Origin: a virus
Taxonomy: Duplodnaviria > Caudoviricetes
Virus record (IMG/VR): IMGVR_UViG_3300047160_004786
Coordinates: 20,955 to 84,954 of that record
Length of the DNA: 64,000 nucleotides
Strand: one strand, 5' to 3'
Under the pieces are notes generated by a model. It worked only from the letters and a program-made list of their open reading frames with translations. It ran no database searches and was not told the origin of the DNA. The position numbers and the translations under genes are program-made. Positions 45,029-54,156 of the stretch are shown here, in pieces. Every line of letters begins with the position of its first letter. Position 1 is the stretch's first letter.

Positions 45029-46575
45029 TGGCTGACATCCAGAGCATCATTCGAGCCTTGCAGACCGGCAGTTCGACGCCACCCTGGCGGATGCCGACTG
45101 ACCAGACTGACCCTGAGACCGGGCAGACCTTGGTGAGGACGGGTGAACCTGGGGCTGGAGGTGGGGTGAACGAGCAGACTGCCAGGATAGCTCGGGCTCT
45201 GGGCGGGGCGGCATTGGCTCCGGTGACCGGACCGGCCCAAGAGCTTGCGGATTGGTGGTCTCAGCAGCATGGTCCGACCCCTCCAGGGTTGGGGGGAGCC
45301 CTTGCCCCGGCTGCGGAATTGGGAATGGCCACGTTCATTCCTGAGTTGAGGGGATTGCGGGCTGCTGGTACACTCGGAGAGGCTGCTGGAGCGGCTGTCA
45401 GAGGAGCACTGGGGAATGTCGGACGAGGAGCGGAAACCGCACCAGCGGGTCTTGCCGGGGCGGCACGAGGCATCAGGGAAGCTCCCGGAGGAGCCGTTGC
45501 CGGTTCACCGGCAGGAGGCGGTGCAGCGGCGGAGAGTGGAGGATCATCCGCTCTACGACCAGGGGGAGGAGTGGGATTTGGCAGCGTGGAGGAAGCACAG
45601 AGAGCGGCAGCGGCGGCCATGGGTTCCCGCAAGCCCCTCGCCGGCCTCCCGGTCAAGCCAATCCAGTTCCCCGACGGCAGCTACTACGCCCCCGGTCCCA
45701 TCGACAAGCTCCACAGAGCCGCCGAGGACTATGCCAGAAATTCCGGGATCCCCTACAACCCGGTAAGAACTTACGTCCAGGCTGAGCCTGAGCGTGCGAA
45801 GCGGATAGCGGCAGCGTTTGATGCGATGCCGCACGACCCGGAGGACCCCCGGGTTAGAGCTTCCTATCAGGCTCTGGCGGACGAGACCCTCGGGCAATAC
45901 CGGGCTCTGAAGGACGCCGGCTACAAGTTCGATTTTATCCCGCCTGGGGCGGAAGACCCGTATGCGGCCTCTCCGCGTATGGGCGGGGCTGATTTAGCTA
46001 AAAATAATCATCTGTGGGTGTTCCCGACCGACACCGGGTTTGGGACATCGACGGCGGATATTGCCAAGCAGCATCCTCTACTCGCTCTCACCAATGAGTA
46101 TGTGAACGGCAAGCAGTTGCGGGTGAACGACATATTCCGCATCGTGCATGACATGTTTGGTCACTACAAGGAGGGGACTGGGTTCAGGGCCACTGGCGAA
46201 GAGAACGCCTGGAGGTCTCACGCCGGGATGTATTCCGACCTTGCGAGGCCGGCTATGACCTCGGAAACCCGTGGACAGAACAGCTGGGTGAATTTCGGTC
46301 CACACGCAGAAGCAAACAAGGGTGCCAGTGGGGCTGACACGATCTATGCTGAGAACAAGGCTGGATTGCTTCCTGAGTGGGCTTGGGAGAATGGCAGGCT
46401 CGATCCCGTACAGGAGGCTGCTGATAAAATAAAGGGTGGAACTGAGCCGACTCCGAAAGAGGGATTTAATCCTGCCCCATTGATGCAGAGCCAGGGGAGC
46501 CGGACGCTTAGCCGGGAGACGGGTGCTGGTGGAGGGGCTCCTGATCTGGAAGCGATAAGAGTGAGAGGGCGATAG
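45028..46575 (+). CDS. putative virion cargo protein with zincin-like HDxxGH domain
   Basis: GGAGGG RBS; FRIVHDMFGH...GEENAW..H...SETRGQNSWVNFGP motif. Confidence 0.6.
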   Translation: MADIQSIIRALQTGSSTPPWRMPTDQTDPETGQTLVRTGEPGAGGGVNEQTARIARALGGAALAPVTGPAQELADWWSQQHGPTPPGLGGALAPAAELGMATFIPELRGLRAAGTLGEAAGAAVRGALGNVGRGAETAPAGLAGAARGIREAPGGAVAGSPAGGGAAAESGGSSALRPGGGVGFGSVEEAQRAAAAAMGSRKPLAGLPVKPIQFPDGSYYAPGPIDKLHRAAEDYARNSGIPYNPVRTYVQAEPERAKRIAAAFDAMPHDPEDPRVRASYQALADETLGQYRALKDAGYKFDFIPPGAEDPYAASPRMGGADLAKNNHLWVFPTDTGFGTSTADIAKQHPLLALTNEYVNGKQLRVNDIFRIVHDMFGHYKEGTGFRATGEENAWRSHAGMYSDLARPAMTSETRGQNSWVNFGPHAEANKGASGADTIYAENKAGLLPEWAWENGRLDPVQEAADKIKGGTEPTPKEGFNPAPLMQSQGSRTLSRETGAGGGAPDLEAIRVRGR

Positions 46576-46577
46576 CC

Positions 46578-46991
46578 ATGCCTGAATTGACACCTGACGA
46601 GGTAATGCCTGGATACAGTCCATGGGCTATTTCCCGACAATCGACACCGTTTTTGAATACGCCTGGAGTTCAGGGGCTGACAGAAGGTGTCGAGGGCGGA
46701 CAGGGCATTGCGAAGACGCCGACGGAGCAGTTGTTTGGGCTGTCGGGGTCCGGTGGGACGGCGGCACCGTCGAGCATGCCCGACCCTGGTCGCATGTGGG
46801 AGGTGTTCGGTGGGTCTGGTGGGGCTCAATCCTCCCTCGCTACGCAGCCTTCGCATGGGGCTATGTCGGTGCCTGCGGTGATCGATGCCTTGCAGGATCC
46901 CAGTCAGCAAGCTGGACAGCAAAATCCCTACGGTACACGTCAACAGCCGTACGGACAGGATAAGCAGCCGTATGGCCCCTATGTGAGCTAG
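46578..46991 (+). CDS. low-complexity internal virion protein candidate
   Basis: Gly/Ser/Gln/Pro-rich; lies within the ejection module. Confidence 0.55.
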   Translation: MPELTPDEVMPGYSPWAISRQSTPFLNTPGVQGLTEGVEGGQGIAKTPTEQLFGLSGSGGTAAPSSMPDPGRMWEVFGGSGGAQSSLATQPSHGAMSVPAVIDALQDPSQQAGQQNPYGTRQQPYGQDKQPYGPYVS

Positions 46992-46995
46992 GAAG

Positions 46996-47439
46996 ATGCC
47001 AATCCAATATGTCCCTAATTCAAATGCTGCTCACTGGGCGTGGCGTGCATATAATCTGAGGCCGATGGCGGTCGATGCGGCGATTGGGGTGCTTAAGGAT
47101 AATCACGTCATAGGGGTTGCGGTTTTTCAAAATTTCAATGGACACAATATTGAGTTTTCCTACTACGGCACAAACACGTTGACGCTTGGGTCGGTCAGGT
47201 GGTTTGCTAGGTTCGGGTTGAATGTTTTTAATCCGATGAGATGCACGATAACGACATCGCAAGCTAATAAACGTATTTTGCAATTTCTTTCTGCGATGGG
47301 TGCCTCGTATGAGGGGTTGATGAAAGACTATTACGGATCTGACGGGACCAAGGCTTCGACTGCGGTTCGGTTCTGCATATCGAGACCTCTGATCGAGAAG
47401 CTTGCTCGCGTTGAGGGGAGGACCGTCGCATGGGTATGA
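46996..47439 (+). CDS. GNAT-family acetyltransferase-like protein
   Basis: IGVAVFQNFNG.NIE...N...LQFL..MGA.YEG.M..YYG; usual position after gp10. Confidence 0.7.
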   Translation: MPIQYVPNSNAAHWAWRAYNLRPMAVDAAIGVLKDNHVIGVAVFQNFNGHNIEFSYYGTNTLTLGSVRWFARFGLNVFNPMRCTITTSQANKRILQFLSAMGASYEGLMKDYYGSDGTKASTAVRFCISRPLIEKLARVEGRTVAWV

Positions 47440-50141
47440 GTTCTGCTCCATCCGTAACAACCTACGACCCGTATCAGGTTGCTCAGCAGCAAGCTCAGTA
47501 CAATGCGGGGGCTGGGGCTGTCTCGCAGCAGATGAGCGAGGTCGGTCAGCAGACGCCCTTCGGGAGTCTTTCGTATCAGCAGACCGGGACGTACACGGAC
47601 CCTTCGACCGGAAAGCAGATGCCGTTGACGACGGCGACGACCCAGTTGAGCCCGGTCGAGCAGAACCTCCTCAACACCGGAATTGGAACGCAACAGCTTG
47701 CAGCCTATGGCGGACAGAACCTGATCGGCCAGTTTGCCGGCCAGCAATCCCCGGCGGTGCCGTGGACCGGCAATGTGGCTCAGATGGGCCAGGGTTGGAC
47801 CGGTAATATCCTGGCGGGAACCAACTACGGAGCGGGAACCACACCCAGGATCGATCAGTCTGGGACCAATGCGAACCTTGGGACCGACTACGCCACCAGC
47901 ATCATGGGGGCGTATGGAGGGATGCCGATCCCGACGGCTCAGAACACTCCTGCATCGGCCTGGGGAACGGCGGCTCAGGGTGGGTTGCTGGCAGGCCAGT
48001 ATGGGCCTGGAACGAGCCCGCAGGCGTATGGAGCGGCTCCCAACGTCGCCCAGGCTGGTCAGCAACTCTATGGGGCGGTTGGCCAGTTCAACCCCTGGGC
48101 GGCCCCGACGGCTTACGGCACGCCGCAGATCATGGCGGGGGCTGCGACTGGGGCTGGGCAGGCACTGGGGCAATTTGGTGGGATGAATGCCCCTACTGCC
48201 TATGGGGCTGGACAGGGGATCCAGGGTGCGGCCAATTTTGCCCAGGGAATGATGGGCCAGTATGGGGGGATGGCCAACCCGTACATCAGTCAGGCGGCTC
48301 CTGCGGCCGGCATGGCTGGCCAGCAAATCATGAACACGTTGGCTCAGGGTGGGCCGCAGGACTACGGAGCTTTAAATACCGTCAATCAGACCCAGGGACA
48401 GGTCGGCGGGATGCTGGCGGGGCAATACGGCCCCGGGTCTGCCCCCACTGTTGCGGGAGCCGGTCAAACAGCTAATCTTGGCCAGGGGCAGGTTGGCGGT
48501 CTCCTTGGCCAGGGTGGTTATGGGGCCGGAAACGCTCCGACTTTGGGTGGAGCGGCCGGCACGGCCAATCTGGCGACCAATCAGGCTGCGGGGGCCTTGG
48601 CTAATTCAGGGTATGGCGGTGCGGCTCCCAATTTGATGAATATGGCCGGCGGCATGACTGGCCAGATGCTCGGCCAGGAGACCTCGTACCTACAGCCGTT
48701 CTTTACAAATCAAACAAATCAACTTGACACTCAGTTACGAAACCAGGGCCTGACACCTGAGACGCCCGCCTATCAACAGGCGATGATGAACCTTCAGCAG
48801 AACCAGAACCAGTCGGTCTCCGGGTTCCTGGCACAGGCTGCTCCGCAAGCCTTCCAGATGGCTCAGCAGCAGTACCAGTTGCCGATGCAGACGGCTCAGG
48901 GATTGGCTGGCCTCGGGGCTCAAGAGTATCAAGCTGCGGTTGGGGCGTATCAGACGCCAGAGCAGACTGCGGCCCAGATCCAGCAAGGAATCGTGTCGCC
49001 GGCCTATCAGCAAGCGGTTCAGGGATATGGGTTGCCGGCGAATATCGCCTCTCAATTGCAGCAAGGGGTGATCAGTCCGGCCTACGCAACGGCGGCTCAA
49101 GGGTATCAATTGCCGTCTCAGGTTGCCTCGACCCTGGCGGGTGGGGTTATGGCTCCGTCATATCAGACGGCGGCGGCTGGGTATCAGTTGCCTGAGCAAA
49201 TGGCGACTGGGGCCATCGGTGGAATTTACAATCCGATGTTGCAGGGCCAGGAATCGGCCTATCTGGCTCCGACGACGGCGGCCTCGAACATCATGGGTGG
49301 TGCCTACAGTCCCGCGATGCAGGCGGCCATGCAAGGCTACACGGCTCCGCTTGGTGCGGCTGGTCAGTTGCAGAACATCTACGGCGGGATGCTCGGCTCG
49401 CAGATGGCGGCCTATGGTCAGCCGGCGAGCATTGCGGAGGGATTGCAGAGCGGGATGATCTCGCCGGCACTGGCGAGTGCGGCTGGATTGTATGGGTTAC
49501 CGGCTCAGACGGCTGGGGCCATTGAGAGCGGGTATGTCCAGCCTTCGTTCGGGCAGGCGGTGCAGGGCTATCAGCTTCCCATGCAGACGGCTGAAAGCAT
49601 GCTCTCGGGGATCACGGCACCGGAGTATCAATTGCAGACGGCCGGTTACGAGCTTCCGTTGCAGGCTGGAACGTCACTGTATCAGATGGGGGCACCGGCC
49701 TCTATTGCCGGCAACCTGATCAACACGCCGACGGCGAACGTGTCTCCGACGAACCTCACGGGTGCGGTTTCTACAGCCCAGCAAGCTCAGAATGCTCAGG
49801 CTCAATTGGCTCAACAGCAATATGGATCGATGATGAGCGGGATCGGGAATATTGGAGCGGCTGGCATTACGGCATTTGCCCCAATGTTGATGTCGGACGT
49901 GAGGGCGAAGGAAAACGTCAAACGGGTTGGCACCTTGTTTGATGACTCGCCAGTCTACTCATTCCGGTATAGGGATGATCCGACGATGGCGACCCATGTC
50001 GGCCTGATGGCTCAGGAGGTTGAGAGGAAGCATCCTGAAGCGGTTCATCAGGACAGGACTGGGTACAAGTATGTAGACTACGCGAAGGCGACGGCACCGT
50101 CGAGCAGGGTGGCCGACATGGCCCGGGCCTTGGCGGCATAG
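47430..50141 (+). CDS. ejection/pilot protein with two repeat arrays and C-terminal peptidase S74 domain
   Basis: QQTPFGSLSY, QLRNQGL.P.TPAYQQAM core; SDVRAKENV...GLMAQEV...VDY S74 motif at 49893-50090. Confidence 0.75.
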   Translation: MGMSSAPSVTTYDPYQVAQQQAQYNAGAGAVSQQMSEVGQQTPFGSLSYQQTGTYTDPSTGKQMPLTTATTQLSPVEQNLLNTGIGTQQLAAYGGQNLIGQFAGQQSPAVPWTGNVAQMGQGWTGNILAGTNYGAGTTPRIDQSGTNANLGTDYATSIMGAYGGMPIPTAQNTPASAWGTAAQGGLLAGQYGPGTSPQAYGAAPNVAQAGQQLYGAVGQFNPWAAPTAYGTPQIMAGAATGAGQALGQFGGMNAPTAYGAGQGIQGAANFAQGMMGQYGGMANPYISQAAPAAGMAGQQIMNTLAQGGPQDYGALNTVNQTQGQVGGMLAGQYGPGSAPTVAGAGQTANLGQGQVGGLLGQGGYGAGNAPTLGGAAGTANLATNQAAGALANSGYGGAAPNLMNMAGGMTGQMLGQETSYLQPFFTNQTNQLDTQLRNQGLTPETPAYQQAMMNLQQNQNQSVSGFLAQAAPQAFQMAQQQYQLPMQTAQGLAGLGAQEYQAAVGAYQTPEQTAAQIQQGIVSPAYQQAVQGYGLPANIASQLQQGVISPAYATAAQGYQLPSQVASTLAGGVMAPSYQTAAAGYQLPEQMATGAIGGIYNPMLQGQESAYLAPTTAASNIMGGAYSPAMQAAMQGYTAPLGAAGQLQNIYGGMLGSQMAAYGQPASIAEGLQSGMISPALASAAGLYGLPAQTAGAIESGYVQPSFGQAVQGYQLPMQTAESMLSGITAPEYQLQTAGYELPLQAGTSLYQMGAPASIAGNLINTPTANVSPTNLTGAVSTAQQAQNAQAQLAQQQYGSMMSGIGNIGAAGITAFAPMLMSDVRAKENVKRVGTLFDDSPVYSFRYRDDPTMATHVGLMAQEVERKHPEAVHQDRTGYKYVDYAKATAPSSRVADMARALAA

Positions 50142-50150
50142 GAGGGTTCG

Positions 50151-50558
50151 ATGGTTATGACGATGATGGGTGACACTCCAACCGGGATGGGTGCGGTCGG
50201 TGGAGGTGCGGCGGGAAGTGGAGGGGGTGCTTCGACTACCACTCAGGCTGACAATGCGAAGATTGCTGCGATGATTCTAGCTCTGAGTCAGCAGCAAAAT
50301 AATCCTACTTCCAGTCAGCCAAATCCTCAATCTCCAACCAGCGGCAATAACCCTAATGCACCGCAATATTCTGCGTTTGGAGCATTAGGTCAGATGGCTC
50401 CGTCCGCTCTCAAGGCTTGGCAAAACTATCAGCAGAATCAGCAGATAAATCCTGATTGGGTTGCAGCTGGCGGGGATGTTAATTCGGGACTTACGCCTAT
50501 TCAGACTGCTCAATATAACGCCGTGCCGGATGCGATGTGGGGCGGTTCATTGGATTGA
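50151..50558 (+). CDS. low-complexity internal virion protein candidate
   Basis: GGAGG RBS; Gly/Gln/Asn-rich. Confidence 0.55.
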   Translation: MVMTMMGDTPTGMGAVGGGAAGSGGGASTTTQADNAKIAAMILALSQQQNNPTSSQPNPQSPTSGNNPNAPQYSAFGALGQMAPSALKAWQNYQQNQQINPDWVAAGGDVNSGLTPIQTAQYNAVPDAMWGGSLD

Positions 50559-50568
50559 GGGATGAGAG

Positions 50569-51048
50569 ATGGCCAAATATGATCCTCCTATCGAGGAATC
50601 GAACGAGCCGGCATTATCGCCTGAGAAGAAGGAAAACCTTCAGAGGGTGATCGATGCCTTGCAGGGATCATCGCCTCCGTTGGTTGGTCCGCACGGCTTG
50701 GAGGGAGTGAACGACCCTGAAACGTTGCGAGGTCTTCTGCCGGATTACATGTTGAAGGGACCAAGCGATTACATGCCGGGTCGTCAGCAGCCCATACCTC
50801 AGAGACCCATTCAGCCTTCTGCACCGGGACCGATGATGCAGAGGCCGCTTCCTCAGTCTAACGTTCCGACGGGCGGCGTTCCTCCAGTCAATCTCGGCAC
50901 ACAGCGTCCTATGCAGGGCATCCCGGGTATGCCGTCTGGTCTGGCCCCTGGAGGCATTCCGCCGGCCAGGATCCCGCCGGGTCAACCTCCGATGCCGCAG
51001 AGACCTCAGCAGCCGGTTCCCCAGCCTATGCCTCGGCCCCAATTTTGA
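50569..51048 (+). CDS. Pro/Gln-rich internal virion protein candidate
   Basis: C-terminal half is nearly all Pro/Gln/Gly/Met. Confidence 0.55.
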   Translation: MAKYDPPIEESNEPALSPEKKENLQRVIDALQGSSPPLVGPHGLEGVNDPETLRGLLPDYMLKGPSDYMPGRQQPIPQRPIQPSAPGPMMQRPLPQSNVPTGGVPPVNLGTQRPMQGIPGMPSGLAPGGIPPARIPPGQPPMPQRPQQPVPQPMPRPQF

Positions 51049-51059
51049 GAGTGACTTAG

Positions 51060-54000
51060 ATGGCTGACGGGATTGGGTCTAATCCGTTTTCTGGACTTGC
51101 GGGTGGATTGGGGAATCTGCTTGGTCCGCTGAATCCGGTTCCTCAGCAAACGCAGCAGCGTCAGATTGCATCGGCTCAGGAATACCAGAATGCTCTCGAT
51201 CTTGCGAAGCAGATGCGGGAGGAGTCGTTTTCAGACAAGCCGATTTATTCTCCTTGGGGTGTGGTGGGCAAGTGGGCTGCTGCATTAGGAGGAAATATCG
51301 AACGTCAGCGTGCTGTCGATATGCAGAGGCAGAGTTTGGAGGGATATGGGCCGGGGGTAGAGGATTATATAAGGGCTCAGGCTGGCTATCCTCCGCTTAG
51401 TGGCGGGGATGGAGCTGGTGCAGGCTCCACTGGTGCAGGTTCGTACCGTGCGGATGCTGATACCGACACCTCACCGAGAGCAGCATCCTTTCGTCCTGGC
51501 GGATACAAATATACAGCAGAAGACGCCGATGCCGTTGTCGATATGTCAAACAGGCTCGGGATTAATCCTCGCAATGTAGCGATGATGTTGGCCTATGAGA
51601 CCAATTTTAATCCAAATGATGTCACCCCCACTAAACAGGGATACAACGTTCGCGGAATCATCGGATTCGATCCTGAAAATATCAGAAAGTATGGACCACT
51701 ACCGCCGACGATTGCCGGCCAAGTTCCGATGATGGAAAAGTATTTGTTAGATCGTGGTTGGAAACCCGGTGTTCACGATCCCAACGATCTTGCTCGGCTT
51801 TATTCTATCATCAATACCGGATCACTGGACAGGGCCGGAAACCCTCGATGGGCTGCGGCTGATGATGCAGCCGGTCAACACACCTTGGCGTGGCACGTCA
51901 ATCGCATGCCGTCCCAGAGGGGTGCTCAGGCCGATGCATTTTTGGGTTTGGCAAACAAGGACACTGGAGAGCCGCCGCCTAGCGTGAGCGGAACACTGTC
52001 TGGAGGTGCCAGTGCGGCTCCTGGCTCGGTAGCTGCACCGGCTCCTGGTCTATCTGCTCCCATGGCGACTCCTCCTGCATCGAGTGTCATTCCATCAGAC
52101 ATTATGGGCAGGCGTCCAGACATTACCGGGAAAACATCGGACGCATCTGGACCATCCTATGCACCTATTCGAGGTGGAAGAGATGACGGCGTTGCATCGA
52201 TGATATCTGCTCTAGCTGGCACTGGAAGCTTGCCGCAGAGTGCCTTACCGATAGCCGGGCTTGCCTCGGATATGGCTCAGGCTCCGGTTGCATCGAGGCC
52301 CATGGGCGGGTTGGCGGGGGCAACCGCGAGCTTGAATCCGCCTCCTATGGGCAGCGTGGCTGGCCTACCGCCGGCCAATGCTCCTGCGGGGGCCGCTCCT
52401 CGACCGGCTCCTGCGGGAGCACCCTGGCCTACTCCCGGGACGACAGCGATTCCGCCCTCGATCTCCGGTGTTCCTCCCCAGATTCCACCGACTGCTCCGG
52501 GGCCGGCTCCTGGCGGACCTGGAGGCCCACCTGCGGCCCCGGCCCCTCCCTCTGGGGCCGCAGGCTCTCCTCGACCGGCTCCCCCACCTCCTCCTATGCC
52601 GGCTCCGAGGCCGCCTGGGATGCCTGGACCGGAGGCTAGCTCGGTTCCCGGTCCGGTGGCGACACCTCCTCCCACACCCCCTCCAGGGACGCCTGGGAGA
52701 CCCACGAGTGCGACGGCGGCCTTGACCCCTCCTGGGACACCCACCCCCGGCCCGACCGCACCAGCGACGACGCCTGGGCCGGCTGGAACCGTATCGGGAG
52801 GGGCTGGTGCTCCGGTGCCGCGTCCGGCTGCACCCCCTCCGTCTCCTACCTCACCTCAAGGGGGTGGAACCATCGATACCCTTCCAGAGGGGGTGCCGCA
52901 TCCGATTTTGCCGAATATTTCGCAGATCAGTCCTCAATTGATCCATCAGTTGGTGTTTAACCAGCTAATGCCGCAGGACATCAAGGAGGCCATGCTCAAG
53001 CAACTTCAGACACGCACTGAGGTGCAGGAGATGCCGGTCACTGGAGGGGTGGTTCGATACAATGCGGCCGGGAAGGCGATCTATGTTCCTAAGCCGGTCA
53101 TGTCCAAGATGAAAATAGGGGACATGGAGTTCGATACCGCCAACACGTTCAATCACAAGACCCAGCAATGGGAAACCAGCATCTTAACGCCTGGAGAGGC
53201 TGCTGCGGCTGGCGTTAAGGAACCATCCGCTGGTGCAGGTGCTAATGCTGGTGTTATTCCAATGCCATTGGATCGCAGTCCAGCCTCGATCAAAGCTTGG
53301 TCTGATCAAATGGCAGCTAGAAGGAAGGGGCTTGAAGCTGGTGAAGAAGAGCGTGCAAAACTGGCTTATGGACCGATTAAGGAAGCTATGGATAGAGGTG
53401 GCACTGCGGAAAAAGAAAAGCAGATGCTAAACAATATGTTGACTTTGAGTAAGATGGTTGAGGATGGTGGTGGTCTTCAAGCTTTGACGAGGGGTGGTCC
53501 TCTTGCTGAGCAAGCCTTGTCGGTAATGAAGGGGATAGATCAGGTCTACGCATCATTCCATGATGGGCAACCATACTTTGGTAACATGGCCCCACAAGAG
53601 GGTATCAAGAAGCTTCAAATGGGGCTGGCTGGTTTGACAACCCGTGAGATAACTCCTCGTCCGGCTGTTCAGGAGTTTAAGGCAAACATCAACGCCAACC
53701 CCGGTCTTGAGACAACTCCTGAAGGCCGGGAGATGATGGCTGATATGATCAGACAGACTGCTGATCAGGATATCCTCCTGGCACAACGAGCCGGAAGATA
53801 TCTTAAGAAAGGCGGCGGACTCGATGCTGGTGACTGGGCTGACGACAGGGATAGGATTTACAAAGAGAACCCCATTATCATTCACTACAAGGGTCATGCA
53901 TTTGATACGACTGATCCTGATGCGGTGAAGACTTGGAAGGAGCAAATTAAGAAGGATAGTGAGGCTATTAGAGCTAAGGGAACAACAGGAACCGCAGGAA

Positions 54001-54146
54001 CTACAGGAGGATATCCGGTTCCTCCACAAAGGCATATAGACATTCTTACAAAGGATCATAGCCCAGAAACCATAGAGTTCTTCAATAGCCGTTATGGTTC
54101 CGGTGCCGCTGAAGCCATACTGAAAGAGAAAGGTCTTACAAAGTAA
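51060..54146 (+). CDS. large ejection protein with lysozyme/lytic-transglycosylase-like domain and Pro-rich linker
   Basis: MSNRLGINP...MLAYETNFNP...RGIIGF...QVPMMEKYL; Pro-rich 52330-52870. Confidence 0.7.
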   Translation: MADGIGSNPFSGLAGGLGNLLGPLNPVPQQTQQRQIASAQEYQNALDLAKQMREESFSDKPIYSPWGVVGKWAAALGGNIERQRAVDMQRQSLEGYGPGVEDYIRAQAGYPPLSGGDGAGAGSTGAGSYRADADTDTSPRAASFRPGGYKYTAEDADAVVDMSNRLGINPRNVAMMLAYETNFNPNDVTPTKQGYNVRGIIGFDPENIRKYGPLPPTIAGQVPMMEKYLLDRGWKPGVHDPNDLARLYSIINTGSLDRAGNPRWAAADDAAGQHTLAWHVNRMPSQRGAQADAFLGLANKDTGEPPPSVSGTLSGGASAAPGSVAAPAPGLSAPMATPPASSVIPSDIMGRRPDITGKTSDASGPSYAPIRGGRDDGVASMISALAGTGSLPQSALPIAGLASDMAQAPVASRPMGGLAGATASLNPPPMGSVAGLPPANAPAGAAPRPAPAGAPWPTPGTTAIPPSISGVPPQIPPTAPGPAPGGPGGPPAAPAPPSGAAGSPRPAPPPPPMPAPRPPGMPGPEASSVPGPVATPPPTPPPGTPGRPTSATAALTPPGTPTPGPTAPATTPGPAGTVSGGAGAPVPRPAAPPPSPTSPQGGGTIDTLPEGVPHPILPNISQISPQLIHQLVFNQLMPQDIKEAMLKQLQTRTEVQEMPVTGGVVRYNAAGKAIYVPKPVMSKMKIGDMEFDTANTFNHKTQQWETSILTPGEAAAAGVKEPSAGAGANAGVIPMPLDRSPASIKAWSDQMAARRKGLEAGEEERAKLAYGPIKEAMDRGGTAEKEKQMLNNMLTLSKMVEDGGGLQALTRGGPLAEQALSVMKGIDQVYASFHDGQPYFGNMAPQEGIKKLQMGLAGLTTREITPRPAVQEFKANINANPGLETTPEGREMMADMIRQTADQDILLAQRAGRYLKKGGGLDAGDWADDRDRIYKENPIIIHYKGHAFDTTDPDAVKTWKEQIKKDSEAIRAKGTTGTAGTTGGYPVPPQRHIDILTKDHSPETIEFFNSRYGSGAAEAILKEKGLTK

Positions 54147-54156
54147 GGCATATAAA

